Source: a virus
Lineage: Duplodnaviria; Heunggongvirae; Uroviricota; Caudoviricetes
Virus record (IMG/VR): IMGVR_UViG_3300042887_005798
Direction: 5' to 3' (one strand)
DNA: 64,000 nt
Positions 46,926 through 57,495 of the stretch are shown here, in pieces; position 1 is the stretch's first letter; every line of letters starts with the position of its first letter. The notes under the pieces were generated by a model, which ran no database searches, was not told the DNA's origin, and saw only the letters and a list, made by a program, of their open reading frames with translations. A program made the position numbers and the translations under genes.

Positions 46926-48149
46926 TCATCCCCACCGACAAGCGGATGGGGAATTCTTGCAGGTTTCTTTAAAAATCCTTTGTGGATCACCAAATGTAAT
47001 TCTATCTGGAATGTCGTAGATACTTTTGTATTTTTCAACACAATCTGAATCAAACAATGGTTGAATTATGTCCTGTTTATTACATAGATTAGTCCATCTT
47101 ACGCTCACTTTTCTTGGATAATAATCATCAGGTATTCCTTGTGCTATGCAATTCCATTCACTTTCGGCATACACGCGAAGAGAATCTGAATTATCGGTGT
47201 GTTTAAAATGTTTGGTTTCAGCTTCAATATAAATAGATTTGTGCTTTGGCTTATAACATGATATGCCAACATGTAATTTACTTGGATATAGATTGTGTGT
47301 GTTCATTCGATTGAATGATTTTTCCACCAGTGATTTGTAAATTTCATAAGTGTGAGGCACATTTCGCATTTGTGGAGGAATAACATGTGAGTGACCAATG
47401 GATTTTAATTTTTTTCCATACCACATGCCATAATCTGGATTCAAAGTTCCCCTAAGCATGCTCCACCATTGTTCGCCAATTATTGATCCAAATATAGCTT
47501 TAAGCTCACTTGCGGATTTGGAAAACAAATCATCTATAGTATAAACAAATCTTGAACCAAGTCTTGCATTCATTTTGCTGGCAATTCCTGGCAAATCTGT
47601 TAATTTAAGATGTTTCATTTTCTCTTGAGCATCTTTTGCTTCAAAATAAACAAAGCCATCAGGCTTAATAATTTCTGAAGCAATTTTGGCTAGAAAAATA
47701 TTAGACGAAGCTCCAAAAGAAGCTTTTACTTCATGCCCGATTGTGTTTTGGATTTGCTTATTAATTTTATCTCTCAATTGTAAGCAAAACTCCTCTGATG
47801 CATTATCTACAGGAAGGTAACATGCAAACTCGTCAATAGATAAGGGTTTTACTTTCGTGAAGATTGTGTTAAGAATTGTGAGGATTTTATTGTGAATGTC
47901 AACATATCTTGAAGGTCTGGCAAGCACTACATTAAGATTGGGTGCGATACGTTTAGCTTCAGCTACAGGTGTGCCAGTTTTGATGCCCAATTTTTTAGCT
48001 TGATAAGAAGCGGCGATTGCACATGATGTGTCTGCCATAACTGGCACTACAATAGTGGGTTTCCCACGAAATCCTGGGTTATCTTGCTCTTCTACAGAGG
48101 CGTAGAAGGAATTCATGTCAATAAAAAGTATTCGGACACCTGGTGTCAT
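46926..48149 (-). CDS. Y-family DNA polymerase (DinB/ImpB-like)
   Basis: ILFIDMNSFYASVE N-terminus and Y-family palm/fingers order; TGTATAAT upstream. Confidence 0.8.
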   Translation of the reverse strand: MTPGVRILFIDMNSFYASVEEQDNPGFRGKPTIVVPVMADTSCAIAASYQAKKLGIKTGTPVAEAKRIAPNLNVVLARPSRYVDIHNKILTILNTIFTKVKPLSIDEFACYLPVDNASEEFCLQLRDKINKQIQNTIGHEVKASFGASSNIFLAKIASEIIKPDGFVYFEAKDAQEKMKHLKLTDLPGIASKMNARLGSRFVYTIDDLFSKSASELKAIFGSIIGEQWWSMLRGTLNPDYGMWYGKKLKSIGHSHVIPPQMRNVPHTYEIYKSLVEKSFNRMNTHNLYPSKLHVGISCYKPKHKSIYIEAETKHFKHTDNSDSLRVYAESEWNCIAQGIPDDYYPRKVSVRWTNLCNKQDIIQPLFDSDCVEKYKSIYDIPDRITFGDPQRIFKETCKNSPSACRWG

Positions 48150-48169
48150 ACACTATTATTATACAGGAT

Positions 48170-48676
48170 TTAAGCAATATTATTTCTCGACATAGCTAAC
48201 AATTGCTGATTAAATGATTGAAATCTTGGATCTTGACCATTATTAAGCCATGTGTATTTTTGAGCTAAAGAATTTCTGATATCAATTAATTTCATTGTTG
48301 GATTGGCGGCTTTCATTTTTTTCGCTTCTTCCACAGCTGGTAATACTTCCAAATTTCCTAATCCTGATTGTAAAATTGATTTCCTTAGTTGATCTTTTTC
48401 TAATTCATTAAGTGGTTGTCCGCTTACTAACTTTGTCAACACTTGTTTTAACCCTGCCAAAGCTGGGAATTTTTGAATAAATGCATCAACAGTGCCAAAG
48501 GATGTTTTGATGTAATTTGGAATGGTTTGCATCAACAATGATTCTGTTTGTGCTAATTTTAACATTGTATTTGTTATAATGTTCGCTTCTTTGTGTAGCT
48601 TAATTGAATCAAAATCATCTGCAATTTTTGCAAGTTTTAAAATTGTATCTTTTAGTGATGTTTTTTGATTTTTCAT
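48170..48676 (-). CDS. hypothetical protein (168 aa)
   Basis: ORF track. Confidence 0.35.
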   Translation of the reverse strand: MKNQKTSLKDTILKLAKIADDFDSIKLHKEANIITNTMLKLAQTESLLMQTIPNYIKTSFGTVDAFIQKFPALAGLKQVLTKLVSGQPLNELEKDQLRKSILQSGLGNLEVLPAVEEAKKMKAANPTMKLIDIRNSLAQKYTWLNNGQDPRFQSFNQQLLAMSRNNIA

Positions 48677-48731
48677 TTTAAGAATTTTCTCCAGACTGTT
48701 TTATATTTCTTATTTATGTACAATATAACCT

Positions 48732-48968
48732 ATGGCTAGTAAAACAAACATCAGTGTAATTAAGTTTGATGAAGAGGCAGAATACACAGGAGAACTAACT
48801 ATTGATTTGGCTGGAGAAAATGCTAGATGCATGTATGATTTAACGAACTTTGTGGATTCTACAAAAAAATTCAAAGGAGAGTTTAATTGCAACTATACTG
48901 GTTTGGCGCCAATTATTGAAAGAATTGAAAAATTAATCAATAACACACTCATTGAATCGGATAAGTGA
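48732..48968 (+). CDS. hypothetical protein (78 aa)
   Basis: ORF track; convergent with a 36-nt 3' overlap. Confidence 0.3.
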   Translation: MASKTNISVIKFDEEAEYTGELTIDLAGENARCMYDLTNFVDSTKKFKGEFNCNYTGLAPIIERIEKLINNTLIESDK

Positions 48969-49865
48969 CATTAAATCAGATCTGTGACAATTCAATTTCA
49001 TTTTTGAAAAAGAAAAACATGCGCTGGAATCTACAATTCTAAAGTTAAAGTTTTCCAATAAACCACAATCTGGAACATTAAGCAAATTAACTTTAAAATC
49101 TTTATCTTTTAAAAACATTTGCTTACATAATGCGCCAAAAACATAATCTTGAGTGTAACCATAAATGTCCTTAAAATTCTCACTGATGATTAAAAGTAAC
49201 ATATTGATGTCCACGTTTTTTAATGAAGAATGATAATCACGAATGTAATCATGTAAATTGAGAGAATTAATTCCTTGAGACTCTTTAAGAATTTTTCCAA
49301 AATCATAGTTGTATTTATCAGCTACATGAACACAATCTGTGATTGGTAATTTTGGTATACTATTCACTTCTGATTCTTTGAGGCATAACAATGGAAGCTT
49401 TGGAGTAATTTGTTTCAAAAAATCATACTCTTCTTGAAATTTTTTATTGAACAAAAAAATAGAAGATTGTTTAATCGCATTCCTATATATATTCTTATTC
49501 GAATGAAAATATTTTGTTTCGTAATAATTAGGTTTTGAAAACCTTACATGAAAATCATTCAATTCAAATTTATCTAATCGCAGATATTTTTTTTCTTGGT
49601 TTCTTTTGTATTCTAAAAACTCAGAGCCTTCAATGTCAATAAAATCAAAATTGTACATACAGACATAATCTGCAATGTCCATTGTAAGAGCATCTTTTTT
49701 TAATTCAGTGACTACTTGGAAATGTGAAAAATCAAAATATTTTTTAGCCACATCATTTGGTTGTATGAAACATTCAGTGTTTGTGATGTTTTTTAAGCAT
49801 AATAGCTCTTCTAAATTTAAATAAATTTCAAGTGGGTTTTGTGATGTAATTTGATGATATATCAT
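48933..49865 (-). CDS. hypothetical protein (310 aa)
   Basis: ORF track. Confidence 0.4.
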   Translation of the reverse strand: MIYHQITSQNPLEIYLNLEELLCLKNITNTECFIQPNDVAKKYFDFSHFQVVTELKKDALTMDIADYVCMYNFDFIDIEGSEFLEYKRNQEKKYLRLDKFELNDFHVRFSKPNYYETKYFHSNKNIYRNAIKQSSIFLFNKKFQEEYDFLKQITPKLPLLCLKESEVNSIPKLPITDCVHVADKYNYDFGKILKESQGINSLNLHDYIRDYHSSLKNVDINMLLLIISENFKDIYGYTQDYVFGALCKQMFLKDKDFKVNLLNVPDCGLLENFNFRIVDSSACFSFSKMKLNCHRSDLMSLIRFNECVID

Positions 49866-49870
49866 GCGCC

Positions 49871-50731
49871 TTAAAATATTACGTTGTTATAACCAAAATG
49901 ATTCCTTAAAAGCTCTCTAAAAGGGTAATTATATTTTCTTTCTATTTTTTTAATTGAATAAAGATTTAATTTAGATAAAACATCAAATTGATTGTTTAAA
50001 ACTATATTTAAAATGTATTCCTCATTTTTACTCACTCCAAGCTTATATCCATTTACAACATGGTCAACTGTATGCCCCCACCTTTCCAAAGCACAATTCA
50101 TGTATCTGTATCTATCTTTGATTTTCATAAATGACGTGGGTATATAATATTCCTCCGAAGGATACTCTACATTAATATTAGGAATAACTTTAATTAAATC
50201 ATCAACAAAATGTTGAGCCACTTTCAAATTCATAGCAGCACCTTCAATAGATGTTACATATATTATGTCGCCTAAAGGTTTCACATAATCTAATATATTT
50301 TGATCTAATAATATTTTCTCCCACCAATCTCCAGAATGTTTAGTTCCAGGTAAGGGAAAAAATATTTCATGTGAATAAATGAATGATTCTAATTTTGGGT
50401 TTATTAATAATGAATTAGAATGAGTAATGTAAATATAATCTGAAATGTCATTTTCAATACACCAATTCATCATTTGTATGTAAATGTTTGTTAAAAAACC
50501 AGAAGCCCATTCAGATGGATATTTTTCGGGCAAAATGTAACAAAAATCATAATGGTTTTTAAGCTTGTTTATATTGTCTACAAATGTTTGCGAGCAATTG
50601 CTATTTATGTGAAAAAGAATTGCAGAATTAGGGCAGATTGTGTGTATATTTTGAATAAGATCTTCCACACAATCTTCTCTTTCAAATATAGGAACTAAAA
50701 AAATTATTTTATATCTTTTTAAGGAATTCAT
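49871..50731 (-). CDS. hypothetical protein (286 aa), possibly glycosyltransferase-like
   Basis: ORF track; weak resemblance only. Confidence 0.35.
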   Translation of the reverse strand: MNSLKRYKIIFLVPIFEREDCVEDLIQNIHTICPNSAILFHINSNCSQTFVDNINKLKNHYDFCYILPEKYPSEWASGFLTNIYIQMMNWCIENDISDYIYITHSNSLLINPKLESFIYSHEIFFPLPGTKHSGDWWEKILLDQNILDYVKPLGDIIYVTSIEGAAMNLKVAQHFVDDLIKVIPNINVEYPSEEYYIPTSFMKIKDRYRYMNCALERWGHTVDHVVNGYKLGVSKNEEYILNIVLNNQFDVLSKLNLYSIKKIERKYNYPFRELLRNHFGYNNVIF

Positions 50732-51545
50732 TTACCTTAGATTCTTTCCAATTTCTTTGATCAGCTAACCTTTTAATGTCTTCGTGCTGAATCAATTCTT
50801 TCATTATGTCTAATTCATCTTTTGAAAACTTTTTGCCATTGATCACATGTTGCTCAAATGATTCGCAAGCAAATGGCACAATATCTTTTATCAGGTTGTA
50901 TTTAGCGTCTGCATACACTCTCACTTCATATTGAGCGTGAGAATCCATTCTAAGTTTTAAGAAATGAAACAGATTGTGTAAATCAATAGTCCAATACCAC
51001 TCTGTATAAATTGACAAAGGAAGATTTATACGAGCCATTTCTTTTGCCATTCCACCTTGAATGTATTCTTCATAATTATCATACATTTCAAATTGCTCAT
51101 CCTTAAATGATTGCAGAAAGCTTTCAGCATCTTCAAGTAATTCTTGAGAAGAGCCCTGTTTGTTGTCTTTAGATTGTTTTACCATTCTAGAAACATCGGG
51201 CTCATAAAACTCGTCCTTGAGTATTGAATATCTTCCTGAAATCTCATTTAACTTGGCAGTCCTGTGTCTGACAATCTGCCTTGCCACAAAGATTGGCATC
51301 TTAGCATGGAAAGTGAAATTCACTTGCTCAAAAGGCGAAGTGTGTGCGTGTCGCATAAGATAATCAATTAACCCTTTATCTTCACGAACAGTTTTTGTTC
51401 CATCGCCATAGGACACGCGAGCTGATTGAACAATTCTTTGATCAGAACCCATCCAATCCACCAATCTGACAAAACCTTTGTCGAGACAATTGATAGTTTT
51501 AAGATAGGGCTTTTTAATTTCAAAAAGTTGTTCGTTAATGTCCAT
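50709..51545 (-). CDS. thyX: FAD-dependent thymidylate synthase ThyX
   Basis: ThyX signature RHRTAKLNEISGRYS (RHRxxxxxS). Confidence 0.85.
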   Translation of the reverse strand: MDINEQLFEIKKPYLKTINCLDKGFVRLVDWMGSDQRIVQSARVSYGDGTKTVREDKGLIDYLMRHAHTSPFEQVNFTFHAKMPIFVARQIVRHRTAKLNEISGRYSILKDEFYEPDVSRMVKQSKDNKQGSSQELLEDAESFLQSFKDEQFEMYDNYEEYIQGGMAKEMARINLPLSIYTEWYWTIDLHNLFHFLKLRMDSHAQYEVRVYADAKYNLIKDIVPFACESFEQHVINGKKFSKDELDIMKELIQHEDIKRLADQRNWKESKVNEFLKKI

Positions 51546-51563
51546 ACATTTAATATACGGATT

Positions 51564-52523
51564 TTAAGCTTGAAAATCCCACACAATCTGAACTTCTTTG
51601 ACTTTTTCAAGTATAAAAGCTTTCATTTCTTCTATATCGCTGAAAGACAATAATTCTGAATTATGATATAATTTAAAGATTTTTGCTTCTTCTAAAATAT
51701 CGCCTTTGTTCATATATAATATATTTGCGCCAGCTTTCTCAATAGCATAAGACAACTTATCAAGATTTAACCATTTTACCTGTCTTGCTCTTCCTGTGGT
51801 GGTTCCGTACTCATTTCCTAATTTAGCCACCAACTGTGTCTCTTCATCGTCTAAATCAAAATAAGGATCCACTCCAGATCGTGTATCATACATTTTTGCT
51901 ACTGCTATAATGTCACGAATTTTTTTGGGAGAAAATCCCAACGAACAAGAAGCATATGGCAAACACTCTGAAGATGTAACATAAGGATATGAACCCTGAT
52001 TAATATCTAACCAGAACGATTGTGCGCCCTCACAAAGAACATGACCATCAAGTTTTTCATCCCAGAGATACTCCTTTGGCATAACAGTATCTGCTCTTAC
52101 ACCTGTTCTAAGCGCCTTGTCAGCATAACACAAACCAATGCCTTTAGAAGTGGTACCTATTAATTTTGAATAATAATTAGCATCTTGTTCTTTATGATGA
52201 GGCGTGACAATATGTGCTTTTGGACTTATCTTCACTAGCTTAGGATTAAAGCCTAAATGCTCTAAATATGATAGCTCTGCAAAGAATTCTTCAATGCAAA
52301 CTACACAATTTGGTCCAATGATTGATGGTATATTAAATGCAATTCCTGATGGGATGACATGAGTGATTACTTTTTTGTCATTGACATAAAATGTATGACC
52401 AGCATTTGAGCCACCATTAAACCTACAAACATAATCATAGTTTTTGGCAATTCTTGAGGAGATTTTCCCTTTACCTTCGTCTCCCCAAGAAGCACCAAAA
52501 ATTACATCAACGGCTTCAATCAT
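51564..52523 (-). CDS. purA: adenylosuccinate synthetase-like protein (compact, 319 aa)
   Basis: GASWGDEGKGK P-loop, NAGHT, GTTSKGIG, YVTSS, GTTTGR motifs collinear with PurA but about 110 aa shorter. Confidence 0.65.
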   Translation of the reverse strand: MIEAVDVIFGASWGDEGKGKISSRIAKNYDYVCRFNGGSNAGHTFYVNDKKVITHVIPSGIAFNIPSIIGPNCVVCIEEFFAELSYLEHLGFNPKLVKISPKAHIVTPHHKEQDANYYSKLIGTTSKGIGLCYADKALRTGVRADTVMPKEYLWDEKLDGHVLCEGAQSFWLDINQGSYPYVTSSECLPYASCSLGFSPKKIRDIIAVAKMYDTRSGVDPYFDLDDEETQLVAKLGNEYGTTTGRARQVKWLNLDKLSYAIEKAGANILYMNKGDILEEAKIFKLYHNSELLSFSDIEEMKAFILEKVKEVQIVWDFQA

Positions 52524-52526
52524 TTA

Positions 52527-53030
52527 TTATTGAGGGTCTTTAGCAACACCAATGTATGCTTGTTTGAGCTTGAAATTTGGAGCTTGTACTAAAGATTCTG
52601 GATTAGTGGCGTCAACAAAAGCTAATACAGGAATAAGCTGACGATTGGTCGCTCTTTCGATAATTGAATCATTATTAAGAATTTCAAAATTTGAACAATC
52701 TAAAAGAAAATAACATTCCACTTCCTCAGTGGTGCTTGATACATCAGCTACTGGTGCTGATGGAGGAGTGGCAGTAGTTGGAGCTTGGTTTGAAGTACCC
52801 AATGCCAACAGCTCTTTCATTCGAGGATTGTCTTTTTGAGCGTCAATAGTTGTAATTATGAAATCAAGCAATTCCTCAGGTTTTTCAACCTCACTTTTTA
52901 AGTATTCATGAGCCTCTTTGTAAGTGGCAAAAGTCATTAGCTTGTCTTGATCTTGCGAATTGATTGCAAAATCTAAAAACTCGACGTTGTTATATGAAAG
53001 TTTTTTAGCGATACAGATTTGATTCATCAC
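52527..53030 (-). CDS. hypothetical protein (167 aa)
   Basis: ORF track. Confidence 0.35.
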   Translation of the reverse strand: MMNQICIAKKLSYNNVEFLDFAINSQDQDKLMTFATYKEAHEYLKSEVEKPEELLDFIITTIDAQKDNPRMKELLALGTSNQAPTTATPPSAPVADVSSTTEEVECYFLLDCSNFEILNNDSIIERATNRQLIPVLAFVDATNPESLVQAPNFKLKQAYIGVAKDPQ

Positions 53031-53049
53031 TATCTTTTATACAATTTTT

Positions 53050-53358
53050 TTACATTAATTTTGTGGGTTTATATATTCTTCTTTTTTTATCTTTGATATT
53101 AGTGGGGGCGGTGATTTTCACAAATTTCATGAAATCTATTGAAAGATTATTTCTAACATTATAGGATATATAAATTTTTTTGTTCAAGATAATAAAAAAA
53201 CAATCAAAAAGTTCATTTTGGTTTTTAAAAAAGTAAATAGAATCTAAATGATTATACCACTCAAGATGACCATCAGTTTTTTTTTCATAAGTGGGGTGAA
53301 TGGGAATTTCAGTAATATTTCTATCTTTCTGAAAACTTTCCATGTTATGATTGTACAA
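53050..53358 (-). CDS. hypothetical protein (102 aa)
   Basis: ORF track. Confidence 0.3.
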   Translation of the reverse strand: MYNHNMESFQKDRNITEIPIHPTYEKKTDGHLEWYNHLDSIYFFKNQNELFDCFFIILNKKIYISYNVRNNLSIDFMKFVKITAPTNIKDKKRRIYKPTKLM

Positions 53359-53513
53359 TTACATCATGTGGGAAAAAATTAAAAATATATTTAGAAAAAA
53401 AGACAAGAATGTTAAAATTTCAATAACCTTAAATGACAACACTTTTGAGGATGTTGAGCCAGAAGATATAGATGAGATTTTTAAACAAATTAGCGAAGCA
53501 CTCAAAAAAACTT

Positions 53514-54308
53514 CTACAAAGCCCTAATTGTTTTTCTCATGTCATCCAATCTTATCCACCAACCTCCATTAGTGGCTGCATTTGGAAGTTTTCTCATATA
53601 TTTTTCTCTTGAATCTAATAATTTCAAAGCAAGCTGTTTAGCTTTTTCATTATCACGACCAGTGTATCTCCACAAAGCTTTCACAGTTGCTGTGCCCATT
53701 AAACCATCAGGGCTTACTCCAATCAATTTTTGTAATTCTTGTACAGGACTACCACCAAGGAATTTCCAATCTGCTAAAACTATTGCAATTGGATGAGGAA
53801 TAAAATCGCCTTTAATTTGATCCCAATATAAGTTTTTAGTGATAAGATTAACTTCTTCGTCAGTGATATATCTAACAGATTTATATCCTAGCCCTTTACT
53901 TTTTCTCCATCTGTTATATGTTACATCTGTCACGCCTTTGTTAGTTAATCCACCAGGGTCATCTTTAAGTGGTCTATTAGATAAACCGCCCTCATACTTT
54001 TCAAGCTTTGTTTTAAATTTGCCATAATTACCCCAAGGTATTTGAGGATTGTTTCTTTGTTGTAATATTTTCTCTCTTAGTGATTTTTGGTTTTGTTTTG
54101 GTGCAGGGGCTTGTGTTTTTTTAGGAGGTAAGTATTTATCAAAGATTGCTTTTGCAGAGGGAGGTAATAAATTCCTGATTGTATCTTTTAAATCATTTCC
54201 TAAAGGCATAGCGGATAGTTTTATGAAATTTTCTATCAACTCAGATTCTTTAAAAAAACCATTTTTATCAAGATCATTGCAGCATTTGATCATTGAAATT
54301 CTATCCAT
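53514..54308 (-). CDS. GH108-type lysozyme with a C-terminal peptidoglycan-binding domain
   Basis: GGLTNKGVTDVTYNRWR...LADWKF...GVSPDGLMGTATVKAL. Confidence 0.6.
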   Translation of the reverse strand: MDRISMIKCCNDLDKNGFFKESELIENFIKLSAMPLGNDLKDTIRNLLPPSAKAIFDKYLPPKKTQAPAPKQNQKSLREKILQQRNNPQIPWGNYGKFKTKLEKYEGGLSNRPLKDDPGGLTNKGVTDVTYNRWRKSKGLGYKSVRYITDEEVNLITKNLYWDQIKGDFIPHPIAIVLADWKFLGGSPVQELQKLIGVSPDGLMGTATVKALWRYTGRDNEKAKQLALKLLDSREKYMRKLPNAATNGGWWIRLDDMRKTIRAL

Positions 54309-54358
54309 TTTATTAATTTAAACTTATCATCAATATTTTCCTGGTGTATAAATAGTGT

Positions 54359-54895
54359 ATGGAGCCTTTTGGTGGAATTAAAATAGTTAATTTAAAATGT
54401 TTCCAAGATTATAGAGGACAATTCACTGAAACTTTTTTGCATAAAGATAAAATTTTTCCTGTTAAATTTGTTCAAGATAATTGTTCAATTTCTAAACAAG
54501 GAGTGATTAGAGGCATGCATTATCAAGTTCAAATTCCACAAGCAAAATTAGTGTATTGTTTGGCAGGAAAAATATATGATGTTGCTGTAGATTTAAGAGA
54601 GCAATCGCCCTATTTTGGTAAATGGTTTGACATCGAATTATCAAGCGAAAATCATTTGGCTATATTTATTCCAGAAGGCTTTGCACATGGATTTCAATCG
54701 CTAGAAGATAATAGCGTGGTTTATTACAAATGCTCTAATTATTATTGTCAAGAAAATGACAGATCTTTACTTTACAACAGTCTTGACATTCCTTGGAAAG
54801 ATTTTCCTCAGATTGTGTCAGATAAAGACAAACTTGGTAAACCTTTTGAAGAATGTGAAAAATTTACCGACAAGGATTTTACTTTTTTTAGCTGA
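54359..54895 (+). CDS. rfbC: dTDP-4-dehydrorhamnose 3,5-epimerase
   Basis: RmlC cupin motifs (QDN.S.S..GV.RGMHYQ, AQAKLVYC..G.IYDVAVDLR, EGFAHGF); TGTATAAAT 7 nt upstream. Confidence 0.8.
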   Translation: MEPFGGIKIVNLKCFQDYRGQFTETFLHKDKIFPVKFVQDNCSISKQGVIRGMHYQVQIPQAKLVYCLAGKIYDVAVDLREQSPYFGKWFDIELSSENHLAIFIPEGFAHGFQSLEDNSVVYYKCSNYYCQENDRSLLYNSLDIPWKDFPQIVSDKDKLGKPFEECEKFTDKDFTFFS

Positions 54896-54906
54896 AAATA
54901 TAAATT

Positions 54907-55362
54907 GTGTGGTACAAATTCAGCAAACTCAGTTCACAAAATCCTAATGTTCAAGAATTAGATCCCAATTCTTATAGGCAAATGATTCCCTCAGGAAGTG
55001 AAGGAAGGCTTGAAGTAGAATTGGTAGGAGGTCAGTTTTTTATGGGACCTGATGACCCACCTAAACAAGTGCAAATCAAAACAAGCGATGGAACACAAAG
55101 GAGTATTTGGTTGCTACACGGCACTGAAGATGGAAAATTAGTTTTTGGAGAAAGAGGAAACCTTATCGCAGGAGATGCAAATGCTTTCAAAGATTGGCTG
55201 AGATCAAATGGTTATCCAGATTTGCCATATATTTCATGTAATGGCTCAAAAATTAATCGATCTTCTGGAGGAGCAGACCAACTTATAAATTCTGCAGGTG
55301 CTGTTCAGGTTGGAACAGTTAAGGAAGATGGAATTCAAAAATTAGTTTTTCAAGATGCTTAA
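54907..55362 (+). CDS. hypothetical protein (151 aa)
   Basis: ORF track. Confidence 0.35.
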   Translation: MWYKFSKLSSQNPNVQELDPNSYRQMIPSGSEGRLEVELVGGQFFMGPDDPPKQVQIKTSDGTQRSIWLLHGTEDGKLVFGERGNLIAGDANAFKDWLRSNGYPDLPYISCNGSKINRSSGGADQLINSAGAVQVGTVKEDGIQKLVFQDA

Positions 55363-55385
55363 AGCCCTCAATTGAGGGCTTTTTA
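55362..55385. terminator. bidirectional terminator hairpin AGCCCTCAATTGAGGGCT flanked by A/T runs
   Basis: Read directly, between convergent genes. Confidence 0.55.
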
Positions 55386-56417
55386 TTAACCTTGCACTGG
55401 CAAGCCAGACACTGGATCTAAGATAGGAAGATTGCCATCAGTATACGCTCTTGTCCCCCAAAGATAGTTTGTTGGAGCAATTGTTTGTCTGAATGGTCGA
55501 TATTTAGCAGAACCATCTGCCATGCCATAATTATCACCAGAGTTATTCCAATTGTTATAACCATGATACACAATGAGAGGGTAATCTGTTCGTGGATTTG
55601 TTGCACATAAATTGAAAATATTACTAGAAGCAAGATTGTTCCAATTCAGAGCAAACAAACTAGAAGGTCGTGAAGCCCCGTCTTCTTGACTACCAAAATA
55701 AACCTGAGTATTTGCTGAGTCTCTTGTGACTGCATTGGTTGATCGGTGCGATGCACTTCTAGTCGTTGAAGTGATAGAAGCTGATGAAAGACAGGGAAGA
55801 TTTCTTGTAAATCCAGCAAGCAAGATGATGTTTGAAACATTATCCAACTGAGTTTGGCTCACCAAAGAAATGCCTCTATTGACATCACCAATATTTCGGT
55901 ATCTAGGAATTACCAAAGAATTAACAGTGTAAGAAATGCGGGGAACTTGCTCATCCACAATCGCACCACCTCGTACAAATTGAGGTGGAACAATTGCAGG
56001 GTTAGCTGTACATACGTTTGCTGCCTGTCCGCCTGGAGCACCTGCGCCACTATTGTTATCAGCTGAAGAGAAACATGTTGGAGCATGACCACGAATGGTA
56101 TCACCAGGTGATACAAACATTTGTACGTTTTTAACATAAGGCATCACCATGCCTGACCAGTGAATATATCCAGCGTTGGTTCCACCAAGAGCAGGATTAA
56201 AAGCTCTGTGATAGTAAGCAGAAGGATACATATCATCATTGTCACCTGTATATAAAGTAATACCAAGACCCATTTGTTTAACATTGCTTAAATCAGACGC
56301 TTTTTTAGCGGCTAATTTTGCTTGAGCGAAAACAGGGAACAGAATTGCGGCGAGAATGGCTATGATGGCAATTACCACCAAAAGCTCTATTAAAGTGAAA
56401 GCTTTAGATTTTAGCAT
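55386..56417 (-). CDS. prepilin-type N-terminal cleavage/methylation domain protein with a DUF1559-like C-terminal region
   Basis: FTLIELLVVIAIIAILAAILFPVFAQA N-terminus; DUF1559-like C-terminal region is a weak family resemblance only. Confidence 0.65.
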   Translation of the reverse strand: MLKSKAFTLIELLVVIAIIAILAAILFPVFAQAKLAAKKASDLSNVKQMGLGITLYTGDNDDMYPSAYYHRAFNPALGGTNAGYIHWSGMVMPYVKNVQMFVSPGDTIRGHAPTCFSSADNNSGAGAPGGQAANVCTANPAIVPPQFVRGGAIVDEQVPRISYTVNSLVIPRYRNIGDVNRGISLVSQTQLDNVSNIILLAGFTRNLPCLSSASITSTTRSASHRSTNAVTRDSANTQVYFGSQEDGASRPSSLFALNWNNLASSNIFNLCATNPRTDYPLIVYHGYNNWNNSGDNYGMADGSAKYRPFRQTIAPTNYLWGTRAYTDGNLPILDPVSGLPVQG

Positions 56418-56484
56418 AACATTATTTATTTACATTTTTTGGTTACTATAATCTTCTTAATTATGTTAAGAAACAATTAAGCTT

Positions 56485-56808
56485 TTGAAAAAAATGTATA
56501 AAATAAACATGGACGAAAAATTAAAAGTCGAAAAATTAAAAGAAGTGCTTTTGCACGTTTACAAGATAGATATTATTGTCAACAAATTCCACAACAAAGT
56601 ACAATTCATGAATTTGAACTTTTTAATGGGAAGAGCTGGCACATGGTCTGAGACAAAACTTACAGAAGTGGAAAAACACTTAAGTAATATATTGTCAGAA
56701 CTTGAAAAAGTTAAAGCTGCGACAGAAGCTCTGGAACAACCAGCACTTGGCTTAGTTGATTCTTATACATTAGAGCAAGCTGAAGAGATAGCTAATCTAA
56801 ACAACTAA
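56485..56808 (+). CDS. hypothetical helical protein (107 aa)
   Basis: ORF track. Confidence 0.35.
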   Translation: MKKMYKINMDEKLKVEKLKEVLLHVYKIDIIVNKFHNKVQFMNLNFLMGRAGTWSETKLTEVEKHLSNILSELEKVKAATEALEQPALGLVDSYTLEQAEEIANLNN

Positions 56809-56813
56809 TTTGA

Positions 56814-56841
56814 AAGGCTTCCATAATGGAAGCCTTTTTTA
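56814..56841. terminator. terminator hairpin GGCTTCCATAATGGAAGCC + T6
   Basis: Read directly. Confidence 0.55.
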
Positions 56842-57408
56842 TCTAAGGTTATTTCCTCCAAAACCGCCCTGCCCACTAAATCCACCAAAACCACCCATCA
56901 TATTGTTTCCAAAGCCACCAAAAGAATATGAAGATTGTGTTGGCTCAGGTGAACCAAAATAATTTTGGCTTCCACTTAACAGCATAGCAATAAGCAAAGG
57001 GTCACTACTGCGAATGATAAGTTTTCTGATTACTTTTGCAGGTTTTCCAGATTGTGTTGAAGTAATTTCTTGAGATTGTGGTTCGGTAGGAGGTAATTCT
57101 CTTTTTTTGATAACAACAACTCCACCTGCATAAGACCATGTACAGTCCACTTGCTGAAGAATGTTCTCTAATACTGTTAAAAGAGGCACGTCCTTTACTG
57201 ATACAGTCACTTGTCCTTGTACTTCTGGAAAAAGAGTGTAGCTCAAATTTACGGATTTCAGAATTGAAATCACCACTTCTCTCACATCTGAATTTTTGTA
57301 TTCCACAGTGAGTTTTTTATCAGCTCCATCGAATTGTGCAAAAGAAATTGATGCCAGCATAAAAACGGTTACAACAGTAAAGATTATTTTAAAAATTTTT
57401 TTTTTCAT
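56839..57408 (-). CDS. secreted protein with a Gly-rich C-terminus (189 aa)
   Basis: Signal peptide; GGFGGFSGQGGFGG tail. Confidence 0.4.
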   Translation of the reverse strand: MKKKIFKIIFTVVTVFMLASISFAQFDGADKKLTVEYKNSDVREVVISILKSVNLSYTLFPEVQGQVTVSVKDVPLLTVLENILQQVDCTWSYAGGVVVIKKRELPPTEPQSQEITSTQSGKPAKVIRKLIIRSSDPLLIAMLLSGSQNYFGSPEPTQSSYSFGGFGNNMMGGFGGFSGQGGFGGNNLR

Positions 57409-57495
57409 TTTTGACCTTATTTTTTAGACGATAAATTTATCGTATAGTTTCTATTTCTAATAAAAAATGACAATTCTTTTTTCGTATATAAATTA

